From a virus (taxonomy: Duplodnaviria; Heunggongvirae; Uroviricota; Caudoviricetes), in the IMG/VR virus record IMGVR_UViG_3300047317_001031, positions 64,001-128,000 of that record: a stretch of 64,000 nucleotides of DNA. The stretch is one strand, 5' to 3'. The notes under the pieces are model-generated. The model ran no database searches. It was not told the DNA's origin and was given only the letters and a program-made list of their open reading frames with translations. The translations under genes were made by a program, and so were the position numbers. This document shows, piece after piece, positions 30,008 through 40,495 of the stretch (positions are counted from its first letter, which is position 1; every line of letters starts with the position of its first letter).

Positions 30008-31468
30008 ATGGCCGCATTCCCAACCCCAATGTCAACGGCTTTGCAGCCCGTCGTTTATACACCAACATTCGAGACCAATCAGGTTGCGTGCGTCGTAGTT
30101 ATTGAAGGCGTTCCATATCTTCCGGTTCATGCAACGATTGAGCATAATGCACATGGGGCTACGGACTCTGCTGAATGTACGCTCCCCGTAAGTAGTAATC
30201 CTGATTTCTCGGTAATGTTTGCCCGAAGTGATGGGACTGGAGGAACGCCTAACAATGCCCTCGTCCCTGTCTATGTAAGCATTTATGCTGGATTCCCGGC
30301 GAACCGTGTTCCTGAATCTCTTGATTTCTCTCAATTGTCGCAGCGATTCTTCGGTATCGTTGATTTGTACTCGGCGCAAATCGGAGCGAATGAAGTAACT
30401 TTTAAGTGCCGTAGTATGGCGGCTCCTCTTGTTGATTTCCCAGTAACATCGCTCGCGATGAACGTAACGACGACGCAACTCGTTACAGCACTCGCTCAGA
30501 GCGTAGGGCTTACGCCGAATATCCTCCTCAATCCGAATAATCCGCCACTATACGTGCAGGAAGTATTCGCGAATGAATTTGTCGGAGGTCAGAACTTCGC
30601 CTCAACCGTAGTGAATGAACGTGCATGGGATTTGCTTTTGAAGTGTGCTCTCTTTGACGATGTGGATGTTTGGGTAAGCCAGATCGGCGGAATTTCTTTC
30701 CTTAATTATTGTGCGCCTGGTCTTATCCCTAGGACGACGGTCGGGCTTACATATGGAACGGATATAGAAGAAATAACCGTTGAGCACTCAATCCAATATG
30801 CGAAAAATATACACGTTGAAGTACATAGTTATAATAAACGAATAAAGCAATCGACGTCATTTTCTGTTGATAGTAATGATCCAGGAGGCATAACGAGTAC
30901 GCCTACAACGAAAACCGTGACTTCATCTCCTATATTCGGGACTTCCGGCCAAGTATCAACGAGCGTATCTCCTACTGGAGTTTCAACAACGACGCAGACT
31001 TCTTTTAGTGGCGGATCTACAACGGCGAGCACTTCTCCAGGAAGAGAATCGGCTAAAGAACGATATGTTGTATATCCTAGAAATCTATCTCCCATAGCTT
31101 GCCAACAATTAGCGCAATCCATGTGGAGGCAGATTTCCATGCAAGAATATCGCATGACGCTAACGATCCCCATGACGACACTATTTCTTTTCGCTTTTGA
31201 CACTAGCGGCATAAGTATTCTCCTGAACGTAATGGGTCTTCCCTATCGTAATGCCAATAGCGTTTTTAGCGGAACGGCTCCGATAACGAATACGGCCACT
31301 CTCTCATACGCAGGTTCTCCTGTTGTGACCTCAAATACGGTAACAACAACGAGAACGGATACACGCTATTGGCCTCGTCGGATTACTGAGACGATTGATC
31401 CTAGCGGTGCCGGGTGGAAGCTAGTAGTGGAAAGTGTGAATCACTCGTTGCCGCAGGGTCAAATTTGA
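30008..31468 (+). CDS. baseplate hub protein
   Basis: Position and size. Confidence 0.65.
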   Translation: MAAFPTPMSTALQPVVYTPTFETNQVACVVVIEGVPYLPVHATIEHNAHGATDSAECTLPVSSNPDFSVMFARSDGTGGTPNNALVPVYVSIYAGFPANRVPESLDFSQLSQRFFGIVDLYSAQIGANEVTFKCRSMAAPLVDFPVTSLAMNVTTTQLVTALAQSVGLTPNILLNPNNPPLYVQEVFANEFVGGQNFASTVVNERAWDLLLKCALFDDVDVWVSQIGGISFLNYCAPGLIPRTTVGLTYGTDIEEITVEHSIQYAKNIHVEVHSYNKRIKQSTSFSVDSNDPGGITSTPTTKTVTSSPIFGTSGQVSTSVSPTGVSTTTQTSFSGGSTTASTSPGRESAKERYVVYPRNLSPIACQQLAQSMWRQISMQEYRMTLTIPMTTLFLFAFDTSGISILLNVMGLPYRNANSVFSGTAPITNTATLSYAGSPVVTSNTVTTTRTDTRYWPRRITETIDPSGAGWKLVVESVNHSLPQGQI

Positions 31469-32232
31469 TGGAGAGAATGAAGCGAGGAACATTCCCTGCG
31501 TGCCCTGGGATATATCTTATCAAGAATTCCGTAAACGGGAAGAAGTATGTTGGGTCAGCGGTAAATATTAGAATGCGCATAAGGAATCATAGGACAACAT
31601 TAAATAGAGGGAAGCATACAAACCATATATTGCAAAGGTCTTGGGACAAATATGGAGCAGAAGCGTTTGAATATTTTGTTCTTGAGTATGTTGAAGATAA
31701 AAGTGAACTTATTCCACGAGAGCAATCTTGGATTGACAGAATTTCTCCTGAATATAATATATGTAAAGTCGCAGGGAGCCGTTTAGGGCGTGGGCATACG
31801 CAGGAATCTAAAGATAAGGTAGGAGCGGCAAGCAGGGCGAGGGGGGCCGGGAACAAAAAAGGATTAAAACTCTCACTTGAAACACGTCAAAAAATATCTG
31901 TAGCACGCATGGGGAAGAAATTATCGCGTGAATCTATTGAGAAGCGTGAAAAAACACGACGCGAAAATGCACAAAGTCTTCGAGCTATGGGTATCCCTGC
32001 TTGGAATAGTGGAAAGCAATTTCTTTCTCCAGAGAAACTTCGTGAGGTTGTGGATAACAATCGTGGAGAGAAAAACAAAACTGCAAGATTGACGGAAGTA
32101 GAAGTTCGAGAAATAAAGAGGCGCGTTTTAGCTGGCGAAGTGCAGCAGCGTATCGCCGATGAACTGGGAGTCCCACAGTCCCATATCTCGCGTATAAAGC
32201 TCGGAAAGTCTTGGAGCCATGTGATAGTCTGA
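31468..32232 (+). CDS. GIY-YIG homing endonuclease with NUMOD3 and HTH
   Basis: GIYLIKNSVNGKKYVGSA; HTQESKDKVG and SLETRQKIS NUMOD3-like repeats; TGATG overlaps at both ends. Confidence 0.9.
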   Translation: MERMKRGTFPACPGIYLIKNSVNGKKYVGSAVNIRMRIRNHRTTLNRGKHTNHILQRSWDKYGAEAFEYFVLEYVEDKSELIPREQSWIDRISPEYNICKVAGSRLGRGHTQESKDKVGAASRARGAGNKKGLKLSLETRQKISVARMGKKLSRESIEKREKTRRENAQSLRAMGIPAWNSGKQFLSPEKLREVVDNNRGEKNKTARLTEVEVREIKRRVLAGEVQQRIADELGVPQSHISRIKLGKSWSHVIV

Positions 32233-32861
32233 TGACGCTACAAGAAGAGCAATACATCCGCACAATCCTCTCCATCGTCTCGACCATGATAGCGCGTATT
32301 CCTCATCCGGTCGCTATTGAGGGCATTCTCGCTAGCGGAAGTTACAACCCGCAAAATAGTTCGGCGATGTCCATACGTGGTGATACCTTCGCCTCGACGA
32401 GCGCAGAAGAGCAACTTACACATAGAAATATTTCGATCGCGACGGCAGCGCATGGCGACCAATATGGGCCTGTCGGAGACGAACGGACGATCTTGATTCC
32501 TACGCAATCTGGGTACGTTATGCTCTTCGAACATGGAGAAGATGACTCTCCAGGAGCGCCTTCGGGTTGGCGGTACATAAATGTTCCATACGGATTCCGT
32601 CTCAAAACGACAAACGGCTTAATATTCCAAATGGACGATCCGACCGGGTATGCACAAATGGGCGCAATCGGCCTAGATGCAACGCAAGATGCGGTCGTGA
32701 CGTATCGTTATCTCCATGCGGCTATAGAGGCCCTTCGCGCGACCGTACAGACCGCTTTCAATGCGCTCGCGGGAAGCGTGGCCGGAGGCTCCGGGATCAC
32801 GCCCCCGACCGTTGCAGACGTGAGCGTTTCAGGATCTTCAAAATTCAAAGCGGCCCCTTGA
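32232..32861 (+). CDS. baseplate central spike (gpV-like)
   Basis: Position; C-terminal beta repeats. Confidence 0.6.
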   Translation: MTLQEEQYIRTILSIVSTMIARIPHPVAIEGILASGSYNPQNSSAMSIRGDTFASTSAEEQLTHRNISIATAAHGDQYGPVGDERTILIPTQSGYVMLFEHGEDDSPGAPSGWRYINVPYGFRLKTTNGLIFQMDDPTGYAQMGAIGLDATQDAVVTYRYLHAAIEALRATVQTAFNALAGSVAGGSGITPPTVADVSVSGSSKFKAAP

Positions 32862-32870
32862 GGTAGATCT

Positions 32871-33314
32871 ATGCCCTATGTTGATGCCTTAAGAGCATGG
32901 GGGGCGGATTTTTCCATAACCTCGACTGGAGACCTCGCGCTTCTCCAAGATTCACCTGCAAGCCCTGCCGCAACGCAACAGCGCGTGATCCGACTAATCC
33001 AATATGTTCCTTTGATTCTTGACGATGCCGGCAACCCGATCACGGAACCGGATGATATTTTTAACACATCATATGGGAGCGGAGCGAGAACGCTCATCGG
33101 GCAGAATCCAGTAAACGATATCATCTCCGGGATGAAAAATCGCATTCTATCCGGTTTGGCACTTGATCCATATATCACGACGTTCCCGACCCCCGTCATT
33201 TCAATCGTTGCCGGACCTACGAACGGAATCGTGACGGTGAGCGTTTCGTGCATGACGACCACGGGGCAACCCGTTACCATTCCACCTCAACAAATTCAGC
33301 TAGCAACGCAGTAA
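32871..33314 (+). CDS. baseplate wedge gp25/W-like
   Basis: GADFSITSTGDL...QRVIRL; YGSG. Confidence 0.7.
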   Translation: MPYVDALRAWGADFSITSTGDLALLQDSPASPAATQQRVIRLIQYVPLILDDAGNPITEPDDIFNTSYGSGARTLIGQNPVNDIISGMKNRILSGLALDPYITTFPTPVISIVAGPTNGIVTVSVSCMTTTGQPVTIPPQQIQLATQ

Positions 33315-33327
33315 GAGGGAGACCGAT

Positions 33328-34566
33328 TTGAGTTTCTTGTCGCCTCTTACGCTAGCACAGATTCAGCTTACTATTACGACGGGCTATAACGCTGCCGCAG
33401 TCGCGAATGGGTCTCTCATCGCGGATACGGGGGCTGGATCAAGCTTCGGCCCCGCATTCAATGCAGTTGCCTTCGCGATCTTTCAGCAGCAGAATCAGAT
33501 TCTCTATGTCGCCGCGATTTCTCGGCTAGCAACGATCCCGGCGAATCAAAACGGTACGCCGAATCCCGACGTCGATTCTTTTGTCGCTCCTTGGGGATTC
33601 ACGCGGCTAGGAGCATCGGCCTCAAGCGGATTGGCTACGTTCTCAACTCCGAGCAATGTCCTCGTACAGATCGTCGTCCCGGTCGGCGCTATCGTACAAA
33701 CGCCAGGGGGCTTACAATTCGCCGTTATCGCTGATCCGAATAATACCGCCTACAATGCAGGGCTCAACGGCTATCCGATAATCGTAAGCACCTCCTCCGT
33801 AAACGCGACCGTCCAATGCCTCACGACCGGAACGATCGGAAACGTCCAGGCAGGACAGATAACGCAGCTTTTCGGAGGAGTCGGAGCAACGCAGATCCCG
33901 GCGCCCGTAAATGCCGTGACGAATACGCTAGCCTTCACGAACGGCATCAATTTCGAATCCGATGCCGCGCTCAAAGCACGCTTTACCTCTGGGCAGTCTA
34001 CGGGAAGAAATGCAGGAACGGGATTTGCGGTACGGGCGGCGGCTCTCGGGGTACAGCCCGGCCTCATCGTATCGTACGGGGATCGCATCAATGTGGACGG
34101 GTCACCTCATTCCGCATGGTTTACGTTGGTCGTAGCCGTTGCCGGTTCTTCCACGACGACGCCCTCTTCGATCATCAACAACGTCATCGCGGCGTTGGAA
34201 GGAAATCCTTTAGCGATTCCCCCCATTCCGCCCGCTCGCCCTGCCGGGATAGCATACAACGTCGTTAGCCCGACCACGTTTACCGGAGTCAACGTCTCCG
34301 CACTTCTAACGCTTATAAGCGGAGCGGTTCCGGCAACCGTCGTTGCTTTAGCCCAAGCCTCCGTAACCGCCTATATTAGCGGAATCGGCCTTGATCCGTA
34401 CGGCAAGCCGACAACCGTCTCTTATACGAAGGTTGCAGCTATTCTTTGGAGTATCAGCGGAATCGCGAACGTCGATAATATCCTGCTAAATTCCGGGACT
34501 TCCGACGTAACCGCTCCGTTTGCGCAGATGCTCATCCCCGGAACCATGACGTTCACGACGGCGTAA
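33328..34566 (+). CDS. baseplate J-like protein
   Basis: FTRLGAS.SSG.ATF, VQC.T.G..GN, ESDAALKARF. Confidence 0.88.
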   Translation: MSFLSPLTLAQIQLTITTGYNAAAVANGSLIADTGAGSSFGPAFNAVAFAIFQQQNQILYVAAISRLATIPANQNGTPNPDVDSFVAPWGFTRLGASASSGLATFSTPSNVLVQIVVPVGAIVQTPGGLQFAVIADPNNTAYNAGLNGYPIIVSTSSVNATVQCLTTGTIGNVQAGQITQLFGGVGATQIPAPVNAVTNTLAFTNGINFESDAALKARFTSGQSTGRNAGTGFAVRAAALGVQPGLIVSYGDRINVDGSPHSAWFTLVVAVAGSSTTTPSSIINNVIAALEGNPLAIPPIPPARPAGIAYNVVSPTTFTGVNVSALLTLISGAVPATVVALAQASVTAYISGIGLDPYGKPTTVSYTKVAAILWSISGIANVDNILLNSGTSDVTAPFAQMLIPGTMTFTTA

Positions 34567-34567
34567 T

Positions 34568-35536
34568 ATGGCGACGACGCAAACGACGATCACATTTTTT
34601 GACGAAACGGGAACAAATCCGTTTCCTCCGGGCGTAAAAGTAACGATCGTCAATACATCCGCCGCCCTTATCGCCGTTGCCTATACGACGGTCGGAGGCG
34701 TAATAACCGTTGCACTTCAAACGGGGACGACATATGCGGCAAGTTTTGTCGGAACGCAAGCGGTAAGTGCGCAACCCGTCATTTTTGTATCCTCACCGAC
34801 AACGAATATTACCGTTCCTAATTATCGCTCGCCGGCTCTTTCTGCGACCGGGTACGCGCAAACGCAGATGGAAGTCTTACCGAACGAAGATTTTCCCGCA
34901 TCCGCGCTAACAGTCGGCGGCATCGCCTATACGATAGGATACGGTTTTGGTTCCGGTGCGTTCCAGACGGATTACGAAACGCAACAAACGCTTGCCGCGA
35001 ACCGTCTTCAATCATGCCAAAATAACATGGTTGATTCTTGGGCGACTGATTTTATCGGTTACGGCGTTTTCCCTCGATGGTCGGATACTGACGCCGCATA
35101 CATTGCACGGATCATGCAATGGTTACAACTTCCATGCGAAACATTGTCGGCTATTGCGTACGTCGTGCAAGTTTTCTTCAAGTATTTTCCCGATACGTCT
35201 ACCGTCGTTGATGTTTTCGATACGGTGAGCGATCCGGCTCGTGCGGGATATTATGGGATTGTTCCTGGTCAAGTCGCTATTATCGCTTACTATCCGCTTG
35301 AAGGCCAATTCGATGGATGGTATCTCGGGCAGTCCTTCCTCGGGCAGAATACGTTCTTCGCTGATCCATACGGATTCTCCGAGGGAGATATGTCGATCTA
35401 TCCTGAGTTACAAGCGCTCGTGAACGCCGTGAAGCCTGTCGGCGTGGAGCCTGTATATATCGCATCCCGCGGCGAGTTCCCGAACTTCTCGGGCTGGGGT
35501 GCATTGTGGCGTAATGTTATCTGGGAACCGGCGTAA
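34568..35536 (+). CDS. baseplate wedge gpI-like protein
   Basis: Follows J; DSWATDF..R..TDAAYIARI; VNAVKPVG. Confidence 0.7.
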   Translation: MATTQTTITFFDETGTNPFPPGVKVTIVNTSAALIAVAYTTVGGVITVALQTGTTYAASFVGTQAVSAQPVIFVSSPTTNITVPNYRSPALSATGYAQTQMEVLPNEDFPASALTVGGIAYTIGYGFGSGAFQTDYETQQTLAANRLQSCQNNMVDSWATDFIGYGVFPRWSDTDAAYIARIMQWLQLPCETLSAIAYVVQVFFKYFPDTSTVVDVFDTVSDPARAGYYGIVPGQVAIIAYYPLEGQFDGWYLGQSFLGQNTFFADPYGFSEGDMSIYPELQALVNAVKPVGVEPVYIASRGEFPNFSGWGALWRNVIWEPA

Positions 35537-35545
35537 GGAGTTTGG

Positions 35546-37699
35546 ATGCCTGATCTCACTCAAACCACAGAGATCCTCTTAGCGACGGAAGGATTACTCT
35601 TCACGCCGTCCATGCGTCTTATCGACCAATCCGTTCTTGATAATCAAGTAGGTCGAATTCTTGATTCTCTAGGCGGTCCTAACTTTCTACCGTATACGAA
35701 TTATGCCCAGATCGTTCCGACGAGCGGCCTCAACTTGCAAGCGGGCGGTCCTGGTCAAACGGTTATTGCTCAGGGGCGTCTCCTCGATTCATGCCCAACG
35801 ACGACGCTCACGGTTGCAACGGCCGGAGTCTCCGATCGCGTTGATCTTATCGCGATTCAGGCTACGCGCACGACGGGATCGGTTGCGATTACCGGGTTCG
35901 TACGTTCTGACGCCGCAACTCCGCAACTCGTCGTTCTGACAGGCACCCTCGTCTCCGGCGCGGCCACGGTCGGGTTGCCGGCAGGCTATACCGTCGCTCC
36001 GCGTATCGTCGGTCCATTCCCGGTAGGGATTGATAGCACGGCGGACCTTCGTCTTGTCTCCGTCTCCACGACGCAAGCTATCTTCCAGAGCGACGACAAC
36101 ACCGATACGCGCGCATTTGCATTCCTCGTTGCGGGAGTCGCGCCAGATCCCACGGGGAATTCCGGGGTTCCGACGACGCTCTATCTCCAAGAGAATCGTC
36201 CCGCATGGATTTACGTGCAGAACACGTCGGGGACGCCGCTTGTCGCTCCGCCTGCGCCGAGCGGATATGATCAATACGCGACGGTATACGTCCATGCGAA
36301 TGAGACCTCGATTTCCGGCGGCGATATCACGTATCTGTTTCCGCAATTGCCCGCTCTTTCCACGCAACTTATTCTCGCTGGATTAAACGTCGCCGGAAGC
36401 GCAGTTATCCAACAAACGCTTACCGTTGATCAAGCGACGACGCTTGCGGCACTGACTGCTGCGGCTACGATACTTGCCTCGCTTACTGTTACTGGAAATA
36501 CGACTCTTGATGGAACTCTTACGCTTGGGGGCTTGGCATCCTTTGGCGGATCAGTCAATATCGGGAACGCGCTTACGGTCGCTGGGGCGACAATCCTTGA
36601 TACGACGCTCAATGTCTTAGGGAATACCGATCTCGAAGGTACGCTCAACGTAGACGGAGCGACGACGCTCGCGGCTCTTGTTGCGACTGCGTCAACGCTT
36701 CTTTCGCTTGCCGTCACGAACAATGCGACGATCGGCGGAACATTAGGCGTTACGGGAAACGGTAATTTTACTTCAAGCGTGGCGATAACAGGAAATGCGA
36801 CTATCGGGGGTACGCTTGGGGTTACGGGAGCGACAACGGGTTCACTTGCGTCTTATACGAGCGCGGTAACGGCAGGATCAGGAACCGCTCCTGTGGGACC
36901 GGCGGCGGGCGACTTGCAAGCTTCACGCTCAACGACGACAGGTGCTCTTATCCTCGGCGGAACGAGCTCGAATTCGTCATTAGATTATGGGGTTAACCAT
37001 GCGGGCGCATTCACGCTTGGGGCTCTCCTCTATTGTGCAGAGATATTCGGGTCAAGTGCAATTACGGCAGGATCAGGAACGGCTCCGGGAAGTCCGGCTG
37101 CGGGGGATTTGCAGGCATCTCGTTCAACCACGACGGGCGCTCTCGTATTAGGCGGGAGCAGTTCGAGCGCGGCGCTAGATTACGGAGTAAATCATGCGAG
37201 CGCGTTTACTCTCGGGGCTGCGCTATATGGCATTAGCATTGTGCTTTCGGGTGCGATTACCGCTTCGCAATTCAACGGTTCCGGCGCTGGCTTGACGAGC
37301 GGGACGGTCCCTACGGCGGCGCTTGTGAGCATTCCGATCGGCGGAACAGTCCAGAGACAGATACGCCTTGATCAGACGGCCCCGAGTCAAACCTTAACGC
37401 TGCTCGCTCCTCTGCCTGCCGGGAATTGGATTGTTCGTGCGCATGCGAATTTCAATACAAATTCAACTTCAACGACGACCTTAGCGGGGGTAGACGGCGG
37501 AACAACATGGGAAGCGACTAGCCCGAACGGGACAACGACCGATACGCAACAACCGAACAATGCTGATCTTTATCTCATGGGAACGGCAGTAGGGGGAAAT
37601 CAGCCATCAGTTACGCTTGCAACGGATGCAAGCACTTCGCCTAATCCCTATATTGGTTACGGTGGAATCTACGAGATTACGTGTGTACGTTCGAGCTAA
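35546..37699 (+). CDS. tail fibre protein
   Basis: Beta-helical T-x-G-x-L-x-V-x-G repeats and two 65-aa tandem repeats. Confidence 0.8.
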   Translation: MPDLTQTTEILLATEGLLFTPSMRLIDQSVLDNQVGRILDSLGGPNFLPYTNYAQIVPTSGLNLQAGGPGQTVIAQGRLLDSCPTTTLTVATAGVSDRVDLIAIQATRTTGSVAITGFVRSDAATPQLVVLTGTLVSGAATVGLPAGYTVAPRIVGPFPVGIDSTADLRLVSVSTTQAIFQSDDNTDTRAFAFLVAGVAPDPTGNSGVPTTLYLQENRPAWIYVQNTSGTPLVAPPAPSGYDQYATVYVHANETSISGGDITYLFPQLPALSTQLILAGLNVAGSAVIQQTLTVDQATTLAALTAAATILASLTVTGNTTLDGTLTLGGLASFGGSVNIGNALTVAGATILDTTLNVLGNTDLEGTLNVDGATTLAALVATASTLLSLAVTNNATIGGTLGVTGNGNFTSSVAITGNATIGGTLGVTGATTGSLASYTSAVTAGSGTAPVGPAAGDLQASRSTTTGALILGGTSSNSSLDYGVNHAGAFTLGALLYCAEIFGSSAITAGSGTAPGSPAAGDLQASRSTTTGALVLGGSSSSAALDYGVNHASAFTLGAALYGISIVLSGAITASQFNGSGAGLTSGTVPTAALVSIPIGGTVQRQIRLDQTAPSQTLTLLAPLPAGNWIVRAHANFNTNSTSTTTLAGVDGGTTWEATSPNGTTTDTQQPNNADLYLMGTAVGGNQPSVTLATDASTSPNPYIGYGGIYEITCVRSS

Positions 37700-37703
37700 A
37701 GAG

Positions 37704-37729
37704 AGAAGCCCCCAAAATTGGGGGCTTCT
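37704..37729. terminator. bidirectional hairpin between convergent genes
   Basis: AGAAGCCCCCAA-AA-TTGGGGGCTTCT, 12 bp. Confidence 0.75.
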
Positions 37730-37731
37730 TA

Positions 37732-38580
37732 TTATGTTCTCGAATTAGGAGAAACGCTAAAGGACGTAACATCTTGCGGTCCTCCGACCCAAAAATGTGT
37801 GAATCCGATCCCAGGAGCAAATCGAGTATCGTCTTGACCTCCGCCTCCTGGAACATTGATAATCGTAGCGGCAACATTTTGCACGGTTTGCGATCCTATG
37901 ACTTGAGTGGCCCCAGTGCTTAGTATTCCGCTAACAATGGGGAAATAATAACTTGTCACGCCGAGCGATGCCGTAAGCGTAAAAGTTTCCCCGGTCGTTG
38001 GACTATCGTCAATTTGCGGGACTCCAGGAATCATTCCGTCATTGGAATAGAACAATATCGGTTTTATAGTGTTCCCGCCTCCGCTCCCAATATAATATGT
38101 TATGCGATGTGTACTAAACGCATCTGCAAAAGGCCAGCCCGATTTAGTGTAGAACATTGAATAATTACCATAACTACTGCTTGTCATATCAAATCGTTCT
38201 GCTTGCACATTATTGATCGGACATGAACATGCGAGCATAAATGCTCCGGCATCAGTAATCTTCGCTCCGTTAGCAAAGATCCAATAATTCCCGGCAAGAA
38301 ACGGCAAGTATGATTGAGAAACGCTTTCGGCAGAGGTAGACGGAGCATAATCCGGCTGTACGGTAATCGTTGCAACGGGGAGAACTACTGAAGAAGGACT
38401 CCCAGGAGTCGGAGACGGCAAATCTCCCGGATTGGCCGAAATGCCTGCTGGAGAATTCCCGGCTGCCTTGGGTGATGCTTGAGCGTTTACGGCTACGGAT
38501 TGAGGTACAGGCGACGACCCCCCGCCTCCGCATGCAGAGAGAGAGAGCGCGACGATGATCGCGGCAATGATGGGTTTCAA
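37732..38580 (-). CDS. lipoprotein
   Basis: TTG start with AGGAAG; IIAAIIVALSLSA-C lipobox followed by GGGGSS linker. Confidence 0.8.
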   Translation of the reverse strand: MKPIIAAIIVALSLSACGGGGSSPVPQSVAVNAQASPKAAGNSPAGISANPGDLPSPTPGSPSSVVLPVATITVQPDYAPSTSAESVSQSYLPFLAGNYWIFANGAKITDAGAFMLACSCPINNVQAERFDMTSSSYGNYSMFYTKSGWPFADAFSTHRITYYIGSGGGNTIKPILFYSNDGMIPGVPQIDDSPTTGETFTLTASLGVTSYYFPIVSGILSTGATQVIGSQTVQNVAATIINVPGGGGQDDTRFAPGIGFTHFWVGGPQDVTSFSVSPNSRT

Positions 38581-38723
38581 GTTCTTCCTACCTTTCAGGG
38601 ATAGCCTGCCATGCTTATTGCATCCAGGCAAGTGATTCCTGGGTAGGCAAGAGTCAAATGGGGAGGAGGTAGTCCCCGGAAGTCCTTAAAGACCCGGAGG
38701 CTTCCTTGCGGTATACTCCGAGC

Positions 38724-38963
38724 ATGACTCGTAGCGCACTCCATGAACTCGTTGACAAGGTTCCCGATGCCCAGATTGACCGCATGGCCGAACTGGTACG
38801 GGCTGTCAACGCAAACGATCGCTTAGGCATTCAGCTTGCCCTAGCCCCCGAAGTCGATCCTGAACCGGATGAAATCGCCACCGACGAAGATCGTCAAGAT
38901 GCTATTCCCATGAAGGAATTCCTCGCAGAACTGGGCTTAACTGAGCGCGACCTCGTAGCGTGA
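38724..38963 (+). CDS. putative antitoxin
   Basis: Acidic, directly upstream of RelE with GTGA overlap; ATG 6 nt after TATACT (leaderless). Confidence 0.7.
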   Translation: MTRSALHELVDKVPDAQIDRMAELVRAVNANDRLGIQLALAPEVDPEPDEIATDEDRQDAIPMKEFLAELGLTERDLVA

Positions 38964-39211
38964 CGGTCAAGTTTGAGTCACATGCCCGTAAAGACACGAT
39001 CCGCCTGCCTGAAGCTGATCGGAAGGCGATACTGAAGGCCATCTATGCGTTCGCCAACGGGAATTTGGAGAACGCCGATATTAAGAAGCTCAAGGGTCGG
39101 AATCCTCCCGAATATCGGCTCCGTATTGGAGACTGGAGGATCATCTTTAGCCAAAATTCGGACATCCTAATTGTTCGCCGCATTGTGGATCGCAAGGAAG
39201 CGTACCGTTAG
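38960..39211 (+). CDS. relE: RelE/ParE-family toxin
   Basis: IKKLKG..PEYRLRIGDWRIIF...IVDRKEAYR. Confidence 0.9.
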   Translation: MTVKFESHARKDTIRLPEADRKAILKAIYAFANGNLENADIKKLKGRNPPEYRLRIGDWRIIFSQNSDILIVRRIVDRKEAYR

Positions 39212-39777
39212 CCTCCTCCAGATATGCTGGTGGTATAGGTGGAAAAAGATTCGTCCTCTTGAATTGCGGACTTTCGGTAATCGGCCATGCGGATGACGAT
39301 TCGCGGTTTTTCCACGGTCTTCGGTGGAGCAGAAACCTTTTTGGCACGGACCTTTCGCATGGGAGGCACCGAGAAGGCTTCATCCTGATAAGCGAGATCC
39401 GCCTCTTTCCCTGCGAATCCATACATCGTATTGAGCCGATATAGCGTTTTCGTTCCTTCCTTGCCAACAGGAAAGATGAGCGAGCAAGCCTTCAAGCGTG
39501 TAATTTCGCGGCTAACATTTTCTCGCCTCATCCCCGTTATCTGAGCGATATCTTCAGCGGTACATCCGATAATATTATCCATGCGGATGAAACACTCCAT
39601 CGCGAGGAGCACTGACCCTGCTGCCGGGTTCTTGAGATTGAAGCGTGCGAGGAACTGCTTCCCGGCGATGCGATTCTGCACGTAGTTCATCCCATCAAAG
39701 GCGAACGGTCTTTTTTTCTCCAGGGCAGGAGGAAACTTGCGGGATCTGCCTAACTTTTTCATTCGTCCGAAGAGCAT
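39208..39777 (-). CDS. RepL-like winged-HTH plasmid replication protein
   Basis: MDNII.CT.EDIAQITGMRRENVSREITRL....Y.LN..Y.F.G pattern resembles the RepL family. Confidence 0.55.
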   Translation of the reverse strand: MLFGRMKKLGRSRKFPPALEKKRPFAFDGMNYVQNRIAGKQFLARFNLKNPAAGSVLLAMECFIRMDNIIGCTAEDIAQITGMRRENVSREITRLKACSLIFPVGKEGTKTLYRLNTMYGFAGKEADLAYQDEAFSVPPMRKVRAKKVSAPPKTVEKPRIVIRMADYRKSAIQEDESFSTYTTSISGGG

Positions 39778-40019
39778 TCTAGCCGTGCAACCGGCAGATG
39801 TGGGAAAGAATCGTCAACTTTAGAAGAGGGCTGACGATTTTTTCTTTTCCCTTTGTAAAGAAAAATCCCTACCTGCCGATACAAGCAGGAACATTTTCAC
39901 TAGCACGGGAAATGTCAGGGACCCGGCCTGATAACCCGGATGCGATACCCGATGTCACGAGAAAAGTAACACCCGCTACTGGCGAGGTGTATTTTGCTAT
40001 TCCCATGGTGAATTATTCG

Positions 40020-40080
40020 AAAAGTGTGTTGCACGTTACACACTTTTGCCTGGAAAGTGTGTTGCGGGTGATACACTTTC
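40020..40080. repeat. two adjacent 28-bp palindromes (10-8-10)
   Basis: AAAAGTGTGT-8-ACACACTTTT and GAAAGTGTGT-8-ATACACTTTC. Confidence 0.85.
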
Positions 40081-40495
40081 GGGATAAATGTTTTAGCCGT
40101 TTTCGCCTTATCCCATAAGGTCTTTCGCCCATTTTTGAGCCAATCTCGCTATTCTAATGATTCTAAGTCGTCTATTTGCCCCGGCACCGATATTGAGGAT
40201 AAGCGCCTACGCGGCGGGCGGATAGGGCGACCCCGATAATCCGATAAAGGGAACCTTAAAAATCAAACGTGGGGCGGCGGAGCCGTCACACAAGCGGTCC
40301 CAGAACAAGACTATCCCCCGTCCTCCTTTGCACGACGGATCAAGATTGGGAAAGAGGCCCATAGGTTGCCCTAGGAGGCCCGTTCCCTGATTCCCGAGCC
40401 TTGGAGTGCATCAAGATGCCTTCCACGCGCTCCACAGGCCATTCTTGGGGCTTTTGCGCGGAAGGCGACCCATGCGAAGAGATGTCGGGTGAACC

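Noticed and set aside
35789-36367. Long antisense/alternate-frame ORFs in the structural genes (also 24560-25102, 45317-45976, 17536-17976)
   Set aside because: Shadow ORFs of biased-composition genes; no RBS or recognisable motifs.
35546-37699. Diversity-generating retroelement acting on the tail fibre
   Set aside because: Repeats are in-frame and differ at all bases, not only adenines; no reverse transcriptase in the window.
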